NCBI RefSeq assembly: GCF_001194135.2
Contig: NC_068987.1
Location: 80,928,343 to 80,969,077 of the forward strand
Source: Octopus bimaculoides
Lineage: Eukaryota
Direction: 5' to 3'
DNA length: 40,735 nt
Both the position numbers and the translations under genes were made by a program. Numbering within the stretch: the first letter of the stretch is position 1; each line of letters opens with the position of its first letter. The notes under the pieces were generated by a model. It was not told where the DNA came from. It did no database searches and saw only the letters and a program-made list of their open reading frames with translations. This document shows positions 23,906-36,069 of the stretch, piece by piece.

Positions 23906-24874
23906 ACTGGCACTGGCTATGTCCTCCATGCGCACCTAGTGCGCACTACCTTTCGGCTACACATTTTTAGGGAGAGAGGGACATAATGAATTAAAATGGA
24001 GTCCTGGTTTCCATTTTGTTGACCCCTGCAAACTTATAAAGCTATGTCAGTACCAAGAAGGTTTGAACATAAGTATATAAACAAACGAAACCAAATATTA
24101 CATAATACATTTAACACTTTGTTCTACAAGTCTACCATCATTCCACCACTTTTATCTATAAGTAACATAATAATGAAAACAAAAATATTCTCTTCAATAT
24201 AATACAGACCTGATATTATCGAAAAGTGGCCAGCACAATAATAAAATTATCATGTAAACATTCATGGTATCAGATATGAACAGTTCAAACAAAATGACAT
24301 ATTCCAACATAAATATAATTGAATAATTATAATTATCTTAAATCTCGAAGCCAATAATCAGAGGAAATTATTTGGTAACATTTTGAAAAAAAAAATTTAT
24401 GAATTCTACCACATTCTGGCAATATTACAAATTGTTATATCACAACTTGTACTAATTCCTAAAATTATTTTGAGGTAATTGATGTCATTCTGTATCACAT
24501 AAGTTAAGAAAAAAAAACCCAGTTAATTCTTGCATAAATTCCAAGGATGTACAGCACTCATGTTTAACTCCTACTTCTGAAGTGTCAAATGAATCAACAA
24601 CTTGATTTCCCCAGGATTTGTTGATTATCTGTCAGAATTAACTTACCCTAAATCTATTTTCCATAATAAGCAAAACATCAAAATGGATATTGTATAAATG
24701 AAGATATTGTATCAGCTCAAAATTCTAAAATCAAAATCTACTAACAAGCCAATAAAATGTTTTATGCAGTCCAAAATGGAGACAAGTACCAGCATGGCAG
24801 ACTAGATAATTGCTAAGAGATTTCACTGACATGAAACCATTGGTAGCCTTCTTAACCCACAAATAAAGTCTATG

Positions 24875-24899
<25 letters not shown>

Positions 24900-24914
<15 letters not shown>

Positions 24915-25170
24915 TGCATGTAAATGTGTGTGAAGTGTGCGTGTACATGCACATTTGTGTGTGTTTCTATCTCCTTACCTTAAAATCAGGTGATAGTTGT
25001 AAACAAGTGTCACAGGAAAACATATCTGGTCATAGGGCAATATCACTTTGCTTGGAAACAGGTGAGGGTTGGCAACATGAAGAGCATCCGCCCACAGAAA
25101 ATCTACTTCAACAAATCCTGTCCAACTCCTGTGAGCATCGAAAAGTGGATGATAAAACAAGGATGACAGT
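24900..25170 (+). mobile_element. SINE 3' part
   Basis: ggaaacaggtgagggttggcaacatgaagagcatcc...gaaaagtggatgataaaac. Confidence 0.7.
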
Positions 25171-25590
25171 GGTGATAGTGAACCATGAGTTGCTAGTCTG
25201 CTGTTTTATGCACCCAGCCTTTTGCCATAGAAGCTAATAGGAAAATGTATCCCTTAATAGATCATTATCAAAGCCTTCATCTTCACATAGTGTTAAGGCA
25301 CCAAAGTAAGACTGACAGAATCCATCCAGGATTTTGATAACAGAGAAAAATTATACTTATTAAAGAAATATGAAGTGAAAATGACCAAATCAGAAACAGA
25401 AGCTGTATCAGACAACAATACTACCAAGACCCTATGTAGCAAACTTCAATTACCCAGCACTACTAGAAATAGCAACCAAATCTACTATAAACTATACCCT
25501 AAAAATCTCCAAAAAGAGACAGATGAGACAATGTAATCTTAGATATACAATAACTGAGAGATGGATTGATTAGCTATGGTTGGAGTGTCT

Positions 25591-25820
25591 TTAACCCTTT
25601 AGTGTTCACATTATTCTGCCAAAATTGATGCTTTTTTATCCAGTTTGTTTTGAACTAATCATGCATTATCTTGTAGCTATTGAGATTTTGATGAGGTAGC
25701 TGCTAATATTTAAAACGATATTGTAGGGTTGGTGTGAGAGACCAGATCTGGCCAGTTCTAACAAAAAACAGGTAGGATACTTTTAGCCAGATATGGCCGG
25801 TTTAAATGCTAATGGGTTAA
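25591..25820. mobile_element. piggyBac-type MITE
   Basis: TTAA-CCCTTTAG ... CTAATGGG-TTAA. Confidence 0.8.
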
Positions 25821-25866
25821 TTATACAGCTAAACAGACACTCACACATAAGCTAAATTTATTTATA

Positions 25867-26323
25867 CAGGGGTGAGCTGAAAGGTTCATAGGCTGACTAT
25901 GAATGAGTAATGCTAGAGCTCTGAAATCAAGCATGCATTAAATTCAACACTTCTTATTAATAACTGCATTGTTTAGGGGTTCACCAAGGATCAGTGTTCA
26001 TCCCCCTCTTATTCATTATAGCCCACCAGGCAAATAACAGAGGGATTCAAGACAGGCTGTCTCTGGGAGCTCCTCTATGCAGATGACCTTGCTCTAATAG
26101 CCGAGTCACTGCCAGAACTGCAGACGAAGTTTAGGGTGTGGAAGCAAGGTCTAGAATCAAAGGGCCTTAGGGTAACCTAGCCAAAATCAATGCGATCTGA
26201 ACCCTGCAACAACGATGGCAGAAGTGTGTGGATCGCAAGGTAGACTATACTGAAAAGTAAACCTCATTTGGTCACATTCCATGAGTATCTTGGTCAGCCT
26301 ATGAATGCTTCAGCCAATCCTTG
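25867..26323. mobile_element. Tc1/mariner-type MITE containing a LINE fragment
   Basis: TA-flanked imperfect TIRs with a perfect 13-bp core (ttcataggctgac 25885-25897 / gtcagcctatgaa 26293-26305). Confidence 0.7.
25976..26180 (+). pseudogene. RTE-like LINE reverse-transcriptase fragment
   Basis: GVHQGSV..PLLFII and WELLYADDLALIAES..ELQTKFRVWK..LESKGLRV; YADD at 26076-26087; one frameshift. Confidence 0.9.
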
Positions 26324-26414
26324 TAGAATATATGAGATGTGCCCGGAACAATTTTGTTTAGATTTCATTAAGTAGCTTTCTACTACTTTATCTTAACATA
26401 TTGGGGTGGAGAGA

Positions 26415-26460
26415 TAACCAAGATCTGATGAACTGTAAAGGGCAGTGAAACCAGTGAATT
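26415..26460 (+). ncRNA. Degenerate hammerhead motif (Penelope-type)
   Basis: CTGATGA-ACTG-TAAAGGG-CAGT-GAAA-CCAGT; cleavage triplet and 3' strand of helix I are not intact. Confidence 0.55.
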
Positions 26461-26679
26461 CAGTTTTTATTCTGAGCTAAAAGCCCACATGGCTCTAATT
26501 TCACAGCAAGGCTAAACATTGTTGATTCCATATATTCATTATTCATAACCCATGTTCTTTTATTAACTTATTTAAGCCCTTCACTCACTATAGAGCATAC
26601 ACCATCGACAACTTTTATATACCATTGGAGAACAGATACTTCTGTAACTTTGCTTTTTTTCTTGGTAGGGGTGTTTACC

Positions 26680-26830
26680 TTAACCCTCTACCATTTAAAC
26701 TGACCATATCTGGCCAAAAAATTCTACCTGTTTTGTGATCAAACTGGCCTCTCACACCAACCCTACAATATATCATTCAAAAGCTTAATTGTTACCTCAT
26801 TAAAATCTCAAAGCTACAAGATAATCAAGC
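26680..26830. mobile_element. Truncated copy of the piggyBac-type MITE, reverse orientation
   Basis: ttaaccctctaccatttaaactgaccatatctggcc matches the reverse of 25770-25820. Confidence 0.75.
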
Positions 26831-27619
26831 AAATCGATTTTTACCTCTGAGAAGAGGTGAACCCTATTAGCTTGGCCTCTATTCCTTGACCAGTCCTACA
26901 TGGAGGCCCTCCGGGGAGCTTGTGATCCAGTGGCATAGATCTTAGGGTCACTGAGGCTCACAAGCCACCATACCACAATGAGAACTGGACTTCATTGTGG
27001 CTACATTTTACTCTAATAAAGATTTATAGAATAGTGTGATAAACTGGACCATTGTTTTTAACTAAAATAGGTTTCCATTAAATTATAAAATCACTGTAAA
27101 TAAATCTAATAAAAGAGCTGTATCTTTTTATTTTATTTAGATATATTTATTGTTATTTTTGAGTTAAACTGACAAGGCTGAAGTAAATAAGAGTTATTTA
27201 GTTGAAACAGGCATCTTGCAACTAAATAAGACAATTCCTGGTCTCCAGAAAAGCATGCCCAGACTTGCCCTTTGGAGATACGTAAGCATTGTCTCTCTTC
27301 TCAAGATAGAAACTTATTTCTACTTATTGACAAAATCTGAGACAACAATACCATGCATTCTGTCCTAGCACAGACAAATAATTTAAATCTCTCTCACTCT
27401 CAATAATAACTGTTAACTCTATCTAATAGAACATATAGTCAAAGCGAAGCGTTACTTGTTATTTTCTTGTTTGTTGCTATAGCAACAATAACCAGTACAA
27501 ACACAAGGGGCTTCATTAATAATATTTACAGACATTAGCTACTGGTAAAAAACAGAAAAAAAAAATATTCAGGCATCAAAAAGAGTCAAATAAATAGATT
27601 CAGTGGTGAATAAGAGATA

Positions 27620-27620
27620 A

Positions 27621-27689
<69 letters not shown>

Positions 27690-27690
27690 C
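27620..27690. repeat. (AAT)n microsatellite
   Basis: Directly visible. Confidence 0.97.
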
Positions 27691-28022
27691 ATGATGATGA
27701 TGATCATGATAAAGAAAAAAAACAGGATTCCTATTCTAAAGCTAAAAGAAAAAAAAAGTGTTTCCTCTGATGATAGTTCACTTGTCATATAACAACAAGT
27801 CTGTCCACACCTTCTGGCCATTTATGCAAAACTCCGTGTACCTGATCAAAATGATCAACATTTTTCTTCTCCATTAGGTTTTATGTCTATTTATTTTTTG
27901 CATAAGTTAGACAGATATTCTAACACACACACACAAGTTCTGTGTTTAAGGCAAGCACTTTTAAAAACAAGAGTGTATTTTAGTAACAAAAATTTACCAA
28001 TTTTTAAATTTATTTTGGGTAT

Positions 28023-28079
<57 letters not shown>

Positions 28080-29224
28080 ATGAAATAGAGCTTATACATG
28101 ATTATCAGCACCTAGAGATTGTAAGAACTTCCCAAAGTATATAAAAATAAAAATAAAGATGTGAACACAACACTTTTTCCTTGTATTCCCTAATTTCATA
28201 TTCAAATTTCTAATCCTGCCCCATGTTGTGAGGGGACAGTTACTTCATACGTATTAACAGTCATAACCATAGGCTACCACATATAAGTATGTATATATAT
28301 TGCTGACATCGTATATATATGCGTGTATATATTAATGTCTCTATATCTGTGTGTATGTGTATATATATCATTCTGTTCAGTGATGATTAAAAAGAATTGT
28401 CTGACATTTTCTGGGTTACCCAAGGATTTTGAGTAAGAATTTCATTATAAAAGATCGCTTGTCTGTCTGTTGACCTGTCTGCCTGTCTCTCTGCATGACA
28501 AAAAAGAAAGGTAGGAAATCTTGATAAACAGCTGCCTGTCTCTCCATGACAGTCCAATAAAAGCATCCAAATCTCAAATTATCGCATTCTTTTTTAGTTT
28601 CAGCATGTTAAATATCTTACCACCTCCTCCTAGGACTGATTTAGCCGAACTTTAATTAACACGCCACCTGCAGTAATATGAAGATAAGGTAAAATCCAGA
28701 ATCCAAGAATAGGACTGGGTAATACTGACTTAATTACTTCGATCATGCCAGAAGAAATCAAACTTCATCTGCCAACCCTTCAGTACTGAACGCTAAGTTG
28801 TCGTTTTATTGCAAGACGGATTCAAAATTCATCATCATTGCCATTTAACATCCATCTTGTGGTGGCAAGAGGTAGACAGTTTAAATGGCTCCAATAGACC
28901 CAAGAACTACATTGTGCTCAGATGTCCTTTTTTGGCATGGGGTCTACACCTAGATGCCCTTCTTAGTGCCAACCATTTTATAGTGTGTCTTTTAAATCCC
29001 CCTTGCTATGGTTGTTGCTGACAAGTTGAACACCATTAAATGACTACACAGGTCATTTTGGTCATTTTTTCAATACCATATATTTCGATCACTAATATTC
29101 ACAAAGAATTTGCAAAGAGAATAAAAATTGAAAATTGAGGCAATTAAAAGATACAATAATAGCCGCCTTCAATGCAACCCCTTTTCCTCCTCCTCACTGC
29201 TGCCGCCACCGCTACCACCACCAC

Positions 29225-29455
29225 CATTTAACTTCTATTTTCCATGCTGGTATGGGTTGGATGTTTTTGACAGGAACTGGCATGCTAGAGAACTGCATCA
29301 GGTCCCAGTCATCTGTTTTGACATGGTTCTTTATGGCTGGATGCCCTTCCAAATGCCAACCACTTTACAGAGTGTACTGGGCACTTTTTAGGTTACACCA
29401 GCATGGACACATTTTATGTGGTGCCAGCACAGCTGCATTTTACATGGCACCCTGA
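29225..29455 (-). mobile_element. SINE 3' part
   Basis: catttaacttctattttccatgctgg...ggctggatgcccttcc. Confidence 0.8.
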
Positions 29456-31234
29456 GTTTAAATCTCTGAAGTCAACTCAGCCTTTCATCCTCAATGGAAA
29501 AAATATCAATGCAGAGCAATAGACTGGTGCAACTGTAAGAATGTTGACCTAATACATTGCAGTATTTGTTCTGGCCCTTTTTATTCTAAGCTCAAATCCC
29601 ACCAAGGTCTACTTGCATGGTAGACCTAATCTGTTGCTCAGTTAACATTACCTCTGACCTTGAAAGGCCTTTAACAGGGTATACTCTGTTGTAAGCATTC
29701 TCATTTGATCTCTGATAAAGATAACCTCCTCCTTAACAGTATCAGAGGCTCTCTAAAGGGTCATAGGCACTGCCTCAGTTCCTGATTGAAAGATGAACAA
29801 AAAAAACCATTCCCTATATTCTAAAAATCTTAGGTTTCATTATTCAGTTAAGAGTAATATTGTCATCTCCACTTTCATAAAAATCATAAAAATAATTATA
29901 TATCACTAAAATTACTTCATAGAGAAATTATAAGTCTTCTGACGAACAAATATCCCTGTAGGGAAATACCGCAGAGAGAAATTAAGTGTAATATAAATGT
30001 GAATTAATTTACTTAGAAAATAAATTGCTTGATTTTAAACTGGAAATCTTAATTCATTACCAAAACTGGATTTAAAAAGAAAAAAAAAAGACCTCTTCAA
30101 AATAGCCATAATTAATTTGATATGAATTAGGAACGCCATGAGCATAATTATCATCTTTATAAAATCTGAGTTAAGAAATTAAGAGATAGATCTCATAGAA
30201 GTCTGAAATACATGATAAAACTAGGTTATATCATCACTATTGGATAGAGGTGATAAATATCTTAGTGTAGCAATAAGAATGCAGTGTTCTAAATGCTCAT
30301 TAATTCATTTCATTCCCTGAATGTCCTAAAGATAAGCATGAATGACATATTTCCATTCCCCACTCAAATAGAATGCTTAACAATTGTTGGTTTATTCTTT
30401 GTAATTATTTAGCCCCGAGTCAATCCTGATCAAGCAGATCTATGAACAAAGGTACACTAGTCATGACAATCTGTCTGCTTTATCTTATTATCCAACATTA
30501 TTCAATGTATCATTTTTTTTTTTTTAAGATAGTAGGGTTTTATTTGCAGGAGAATTGCGCTGCTATTTCTAATGAGTCAAACTTCCCTTTTTTTGGCTTG
30601 TGTTCTTATAGGTCGGTCAGTAAACTAGTTTCTTAAACAGGAGTACAATAATCACTAAAATCTACCATTAAAATGTTATTTATCTTTCAACTCCCAGTGG
30701 AAACTCAACTTAAAATTGAGAGGAACATAGCAGCAACTGTATGGTTTCACTGCACACTACCTTGAGCAAGTATCTTCTCTCATAGTCAAAGGTTGATTGA
30801 TGCCTTGCAAGTACAATTTGGTATATGGAAATTGTGCAGAAACATTCCAAAGGGACTATCCTATCTCTTGGCTGATCAACTTTATACATCACCTGGTTTA
30901 ACACAACTTCACCAGATGCTTTTAGGAGAATACACTTTGATATAAGCATTTGGACTACATCTTCCATCTAAAAGATCATGGATGCTATTCTTCATCATCT
31001 GATGAAGTTATAAAACATATATCAATGTCTAATGGCAGCTGTCACTTTAGATTTTCATATTCTTACAATGTCATGTGCTACAGCTTGTTTGATTTTTCTA
31101 TCAATATCATCTTCCATAACCATAAGTGTTAGTCCACTTGTAAGATGTTGTCCACTTTATGACAATCCAGTTTTATCACTGGTCCATATCTGTAACCTTA
31201 TCAGCAGCTTCATCATCAAATCTAGTATTGTATC

Positions 31235-31450
31235 ATCACCATCATCATTTAACATCCGTTTTCCATGCTGGCATGGTTTGGACAGTTTGACAGAAGCTGA
31301 TCAACTGAAGAACGGCCTGGGCACCATGTCTGTTTTGACATAGTTTCCATGGCTGGATGCCGTTCCTAACACCAACCACTTTACAGAGTGTACTGAGTGC
31401 TTTCATGCAGCACCTAGTATGGATGAGTTTTACATGGTACCAGCATCCAC
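31235..31450 (-). mobile_element. SINE 3' part
   Basis: catcatttaacatccgttttccatgctggc...ggctggatgccgttcc. Confidence 0.8.
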
Positions 31451-31516
31451 AAGCCCATAAAAATAAAGTTAGTTAATTCCCCATTAACTTATGATTTATG
31501 TGTACAATGCGAATTT

Positions 31517-31860
31517 AGGTAAAAATAACACAGTTAAAAATGGCATGGTAAAAATGGCACAGGTAAAAACGGCACGGTAAAAATGGCACAGGTAAAAATG
31601 GCATGGTAAAAATGGCACAAATGAAAAGATAGGTAAAAATAGCACAGGTAAAAATGGCACAGGTAAAAATGACACAAGTGAAAAGATAGGTAAAAATAGC
31701 ACAGGTAAAAATGGCACAACTGAAAAGATAGGTAAAAATAGCACAGTAAAAATGGCACAGGTAAAAATGGCACAGGTAAAAATGGCACAGTTAAAATGGC
31801 ACAGGTAAAAATGGCACGGGTAAAAAGGCCACAAGTGAAAAGATAGGTAAAAATGGCACA
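31517..31860 (+). repeat. Subterminal 15-bp tandem array (GGTAAAAATGGCACA)n with AGTGAAAAGATA variant units
   Basis: More than 20 units visible on the left; only about two units at the right end. Confidence 0.95.
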
Positions 31861-32009
31861 ATAAGCGAGATTTCCTCCAGAACTTTGGAACATACATTGG
31901 GACAGCTTGATGAACTTTGGAACATACATCAAGCTGTCCCGATGATTCCTTAAAATAAATACGAAACTCCGGTTACCATTTATCTCAGTGGTTCTTCCAC
32001 AACCCCATC

Positions 32010-33275
32010 ATGGAATTCATAACAAGTAATAAGAGAAAAGAGAAGATTTGCTTCTAAGGATACGTATATACATGTATACAAAACAGATTGTAAGATAAAT
32101 TACTATCAGATGGAGAACATCTTTTTGAAAAGGCACCATGACCACCAGCCTTGATATGACTGATCCTGAACCAGCTAATGACCACAACCACACTCCTGAT
32201 TCTGCAGCTATTTCAGCCACAAAATGCATCAACAACATGAAGAGAAAAGCAGCAGAAACAGAAGATAAACTTAGCCAGATTTACAGCAATAACCTGGATG
32301 ACTAACCAGCTGAAGGAAAGGCATTATTTCCAAGTGAGAACATCATAAAGAGAACTTTGCGTAACATCATCATCATAACGTCCGCTTTCCATGCTAGCAT
32401 GGGTTGGACGATTTGACTGGGGACTGGTGAAACCAGATGGCTACACCAGACTCCAATCTGATCTGGCAGAGTTTCTACAGCTGGATGCCCTTCCTAACGC
32501 CAACCACTCTGTAGTGGGTGCTTTTTACATGCCACCAGCATGAGGGCCAGTCCAGCGATACTGGCAACGGCCACGCTCAAATGGTGTTTTTTTACGTGCC
32601 ACCTGCACAGGAGTCAGTCCAATGTTTTGTTGACATGCCACCGGCACGAGTGCCAGTAAGGCAAAGCTGGGAATGATCCTGCTCAAATGGTGCTTTTTAC
32701 ATGGAGCAAAACTCTATCCACAACTACCAGAAACATTCAAGGATCTGAAACTTACTGGAGAATGGACAACTAATGCAGCTTCCAAGCCCAAATCATTTTT
32801 GTTCTTCAAAACCTATGTTTCTGGTACATATGCTCAAAACCTGTTTTTCTCGTACATATGTTCTTTGATTGAAACTTGTTTCTAGTACATATGTTCAGAG
32901 AAGACAGAACTCCCAGGCAGGAATTCCAGCAGTAAATCTTTGGCGCATTACAGCAAGATTTCCTCCAGAACTTTGGAACGTACATCAAGCTACCATGAAG
33001 GACTGTCCAAGAACCTACAACCTATGCGAAGGCTAAAACAACAAATGTTATCTTGTTGGCTACCAGCAATCATCTATCTGGAAACTTATAAGAACAATTC
33101 AGAAGAGGCTGCTGTGAGTGCAGTGATAGCAAGGGACACAGTTGGTTAACCATCCAGGAAGAAAATAAAGAAAGTATATGTTGATCTTCAACAAGGACTA
33201 AAGAATTTATGCAAGGACTACACAGGAGGAAGGAAAACTTTAATTAAGTGTTATGTGGAGTTGGTCATAACATAA
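32010..33275 (+). pseudogene. FLYWCH-MULE transposase remnant lacking most of the DDE core
   Basis: MEFITSNKRKEKICF*GYVY...IRWR...HNHTPD (FLYWCH-like); LYPQLPETFKDLKLTGEWTT; FPPELWNVHQATMKDCPRTYNLCEG*NN...SIWKLI (from 32959); RKKIKKVYVDLQQGLKNLCKDY. Confidence 0.85.
32365..32705 (-). mobile_element. SINE inserted into the MULE transposase
   Basis: Same family as 6070/16210; interrupts the reading between ..IKRTLRN and AKLYPQLP. Confidence 0.9.
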
Positions 33276-35350
33276 GGTTCTAGTTAAATTCTGTTTTCAA
33301 AATTTAACATAAAACGGTGTTCTCATGTCTAAACATATTTGATTTTATTATAATTGTTTTTTTTTAATATAAATTTTATATGTATAAATCTATATTAAGA
33401 AATGGAGGTTATACAGTATATGAGATATTAAGAAAATAGATTTTATTCAAAACCAGTTTTTAAATTAGACAAACTTTATTCTACTTCTTTTGCCAATAAT
33501 GTATATTTCAATACGCTTATTGTGCCATTTTTACCGTACCATTATTACTATTCACCGTACAATGCATATCACTGTATCTTTTTGTTGTTGCTTTCCTGAA
33601 ACAGCTGTTAAGATCACTCTTGAATTTTCTATGAACTATTTTCTTACTTTCTTAATTATATTTGTCTAACTTATTTGATGCCATAACTAATTGCCTATCT
33701 ATCGTATATCTTATCTTTATTTTCATTAGCTCTACAGGCGTGTTTCCTACAACGAAATAGAGTAACGTATTCAGTTTAGTAATCAATTGTTTGTACCATA
33801 CATGTGAATCACGAACAATTAGAGACAAATACAGCTGTTTTTTTTTCTTTTTTTTTTTCTTCCATAAGAACATAAATAAGAAAAAAAAATGAAATAGTGA
33901 TACCCCCAACAAAGAATCGAAACTCGTTTGTGGAGCTAAGAACAGCCGCACTGCAGTGTTCGCTGGTGCGCAATAAGCTAATAACATTTTTAAAACGAAA
34001 CTAATCTTGTAAACTGTCGACGAACATATAAATCAAAACAAACTTCTCCCTTCTGTATTCTCATTCACTGATTTATTTATTTTAAAGTAAAAGTTTTAGT
34101 TGGTTTGTTTGTTTTATGTTTCCTTCTTAGTTAAAAGCTTTCTTCATAAAAACTGATTTTAAACTTGGTTATTATTCCTTAATTCTATTTTAAAAAGCAA
34201 GGAAACGTAAGTCCTATTTTTCACTCAAAAAATATACCTAAATATATTAGATTTCCAAAGAACTTAACTAAACTACGAAGATTTCTGTTAACCATTTTTA
34301 TTTCATTGCTTCCTTCCTTCTTAATATTTTCTGGAATATACATACAACACGACAAAATGCTTCTTATTGTGAAGTTGTTTAGCCCTACGTCAGTCCTAAT
34401 CGAGTAAATGTACCATCAACTACGTTCCTGTTATAATCATCTCATTCTTTTTGTACATCAGGATCTACTTTACCTAATGTATCCTTCCTGTTTTCTTTGC
34501 TTTTATTTAAGGCGATGAGTTGAGAGATTTAGCTGTTATTTCTAGCAAGTTCAGCTCAATATTATTAAAGTATCCAGTATTTTTCACGTCGCTCCTTAAA
34601 ATCTGAGAACCAGAAGAGAGGGTGATCTGAAATCATTATTATACCATACAGATCTATGATCAATTCTTAGCCAAAACGTTACGAAATACCAGCTAGAAAC
34701 GTTCCATTTCCTTTATTAATAACGTTCCAGTAAAATAAATAAATTAAAGTTTAAAATCAGGCTTGAAATGTTACTCCAGCGGTACAGTTGTTCTAATCGG
34801 AGACAAGAAAACGGAAGGAGGCCGTTATAGTCGTTCGACTTGCTAAAAACAACAGCTAAAATTTCCGTTTCATCACAAACTAGTCTTAAATATGACAAGA
34901 TCACATTAGATAATACAGCAAAATATAACCTCAACAAGATAGAATGGTCATATCTGGAGTACGTTTACTCATAACTATTCGAAAATCCAATCACCCCTTA
35001 CTTTACAAAAGGTACCTTGATGTTGCTGCTGTTATTATTATTTAACACCAGGTCAACCCTGAAAGATCAGACTTAAAATTCGATTCATCGAAAAGAGAAA
35101 GTGATCAAATATTTGGCAGAAATTATTCAATTTCACGAGTGAGTGAGTGGAGAAATTTCTGTTGTCTTATAGGAATATGCGAATGAGCTTTCACCAAAAA
35201 TCAATATTAGTATGTTTTTGATAAACAAATTACGAAATGAATGAAGGAAACAAACTATTTCCTTCCTACAACATACATCGCACTGGTTAAATACGCTTGT
35301 TCTCAGCTGATTACAGCATATATTTAGCATGTAGCCACACAATTGTTTAC

Positions 35351-35443
35351 CTTTAAAGATGTTATGCTTGCTTGTTTCATACGTCTATCAGAAGAGGTAG
35401 CGTGGCTATCGCATCTAGGTAGCTTGACAATATATTTGTCCAT
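35351..35443 (-). CDS. TCEANC2: First coding exon of a TCEANC2 homologue
   Basis: MDKYIVKLPRCDSHATSSDRRMKQASITSLK followed by AAG|GTAAAC donor. Resembles the human TCEANC2 N-terminus as recalled (MDKFVIRTPR...YKQATIESLK). Downstream exons not found in visible sequence. Confidence 0.8.
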
Positions 35444-35600
35444 ATTTCTTATCTTCCATATATCCGTAAAAGCAAAGCAATCAAACGGTGCGACGTAAAG
35501 AAAAGCACGCGGCTTCCGTTTACGATACACACGCGGTACAATTATGTTTGTGTGTATGCGCGCCCGTAAGTATGTGTGTAAGTTGAACTAGATCAACACT
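35444..35600 (-). promoter_or_regulatory. CpG-retaining 5'UTR/promoter region
   Basis: Many CpGs (ggtgcgacgt, gcacgcggcttccg, acgcggtac, gcgcgcccg) directly upstream of the ATG exon; qualitative only. Confidence 0.55.
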
Positions 35601-35659
35601 TGAAAGATGCAGCAGACACAATATATAAGTATACATTACTCACACACATACATATAGTT

Positions 35660-35734
<75 letters not shown>

Positions 35735-35788
35735 TCATCATCATCGTCATCATTTAGCGTCCATTTACCATACTGGCATAGATTAGAC

Positions 35789-35836
<48 letters not shown>

Positions 35837-36014
35837 NNNNNNNNNNNNNNNNNNNNNNNNNNNNNNNNNNNNNNNNNNNNNNNNNNNNNNNNNNNNNNNN
35901 NNNNNNNNNNNNNNNNNNNNNNNNNNNNNNNNNNNNNNNNNNNNNNNNNNNNNNNNNNNNNNNNNNNNNNNNNNNNNNNNNNNNNNNNNNNNNNNNNNNN
36001 NNNNNNNNNNNNNN

Positions 36015-36054
<40 letters not shown>

Positions 36055-36069
36055 CGGCGGAGATCAGCA

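Larger units (their letters stand above)
31511..33556 (+). mobile_element. Mutator-like (MULE) DNA transposon, internally deleted
   Basis: 9-bp direct repeat GTACAATGC at 31502-31510 and 33557-33565; 22-bp perfect subterminal inverted repeat (31846-31867 / 33514-33535); MULE transposase remnants inside. Confidence 0.85.

Noticed and set aside
28603-28695. Strong splice-like signals on both strands (minus 28621-28667; plus from 28604)
   Set aside because: Stop codons in all frames on both strands and no recognisable product
30710-31200. 85-aa ORF and neighbouring protein-like stretches on the minus strand
   Set aside because: No recognisable motif; interspersed stops suggest an unidentifiable old repeat
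31517-31860. Repeat array considered as CRISPR-like
   Set aside because: No unique spacers, eukaryotic context, and explained as a MULE subterminal repeat
33900-33990. GC/CpG-rich patch considered as snRNA, snoRNA or exon
   Set aside because: No match to recalled snRNA sequences, no clear box motifs, no recognisable peptide
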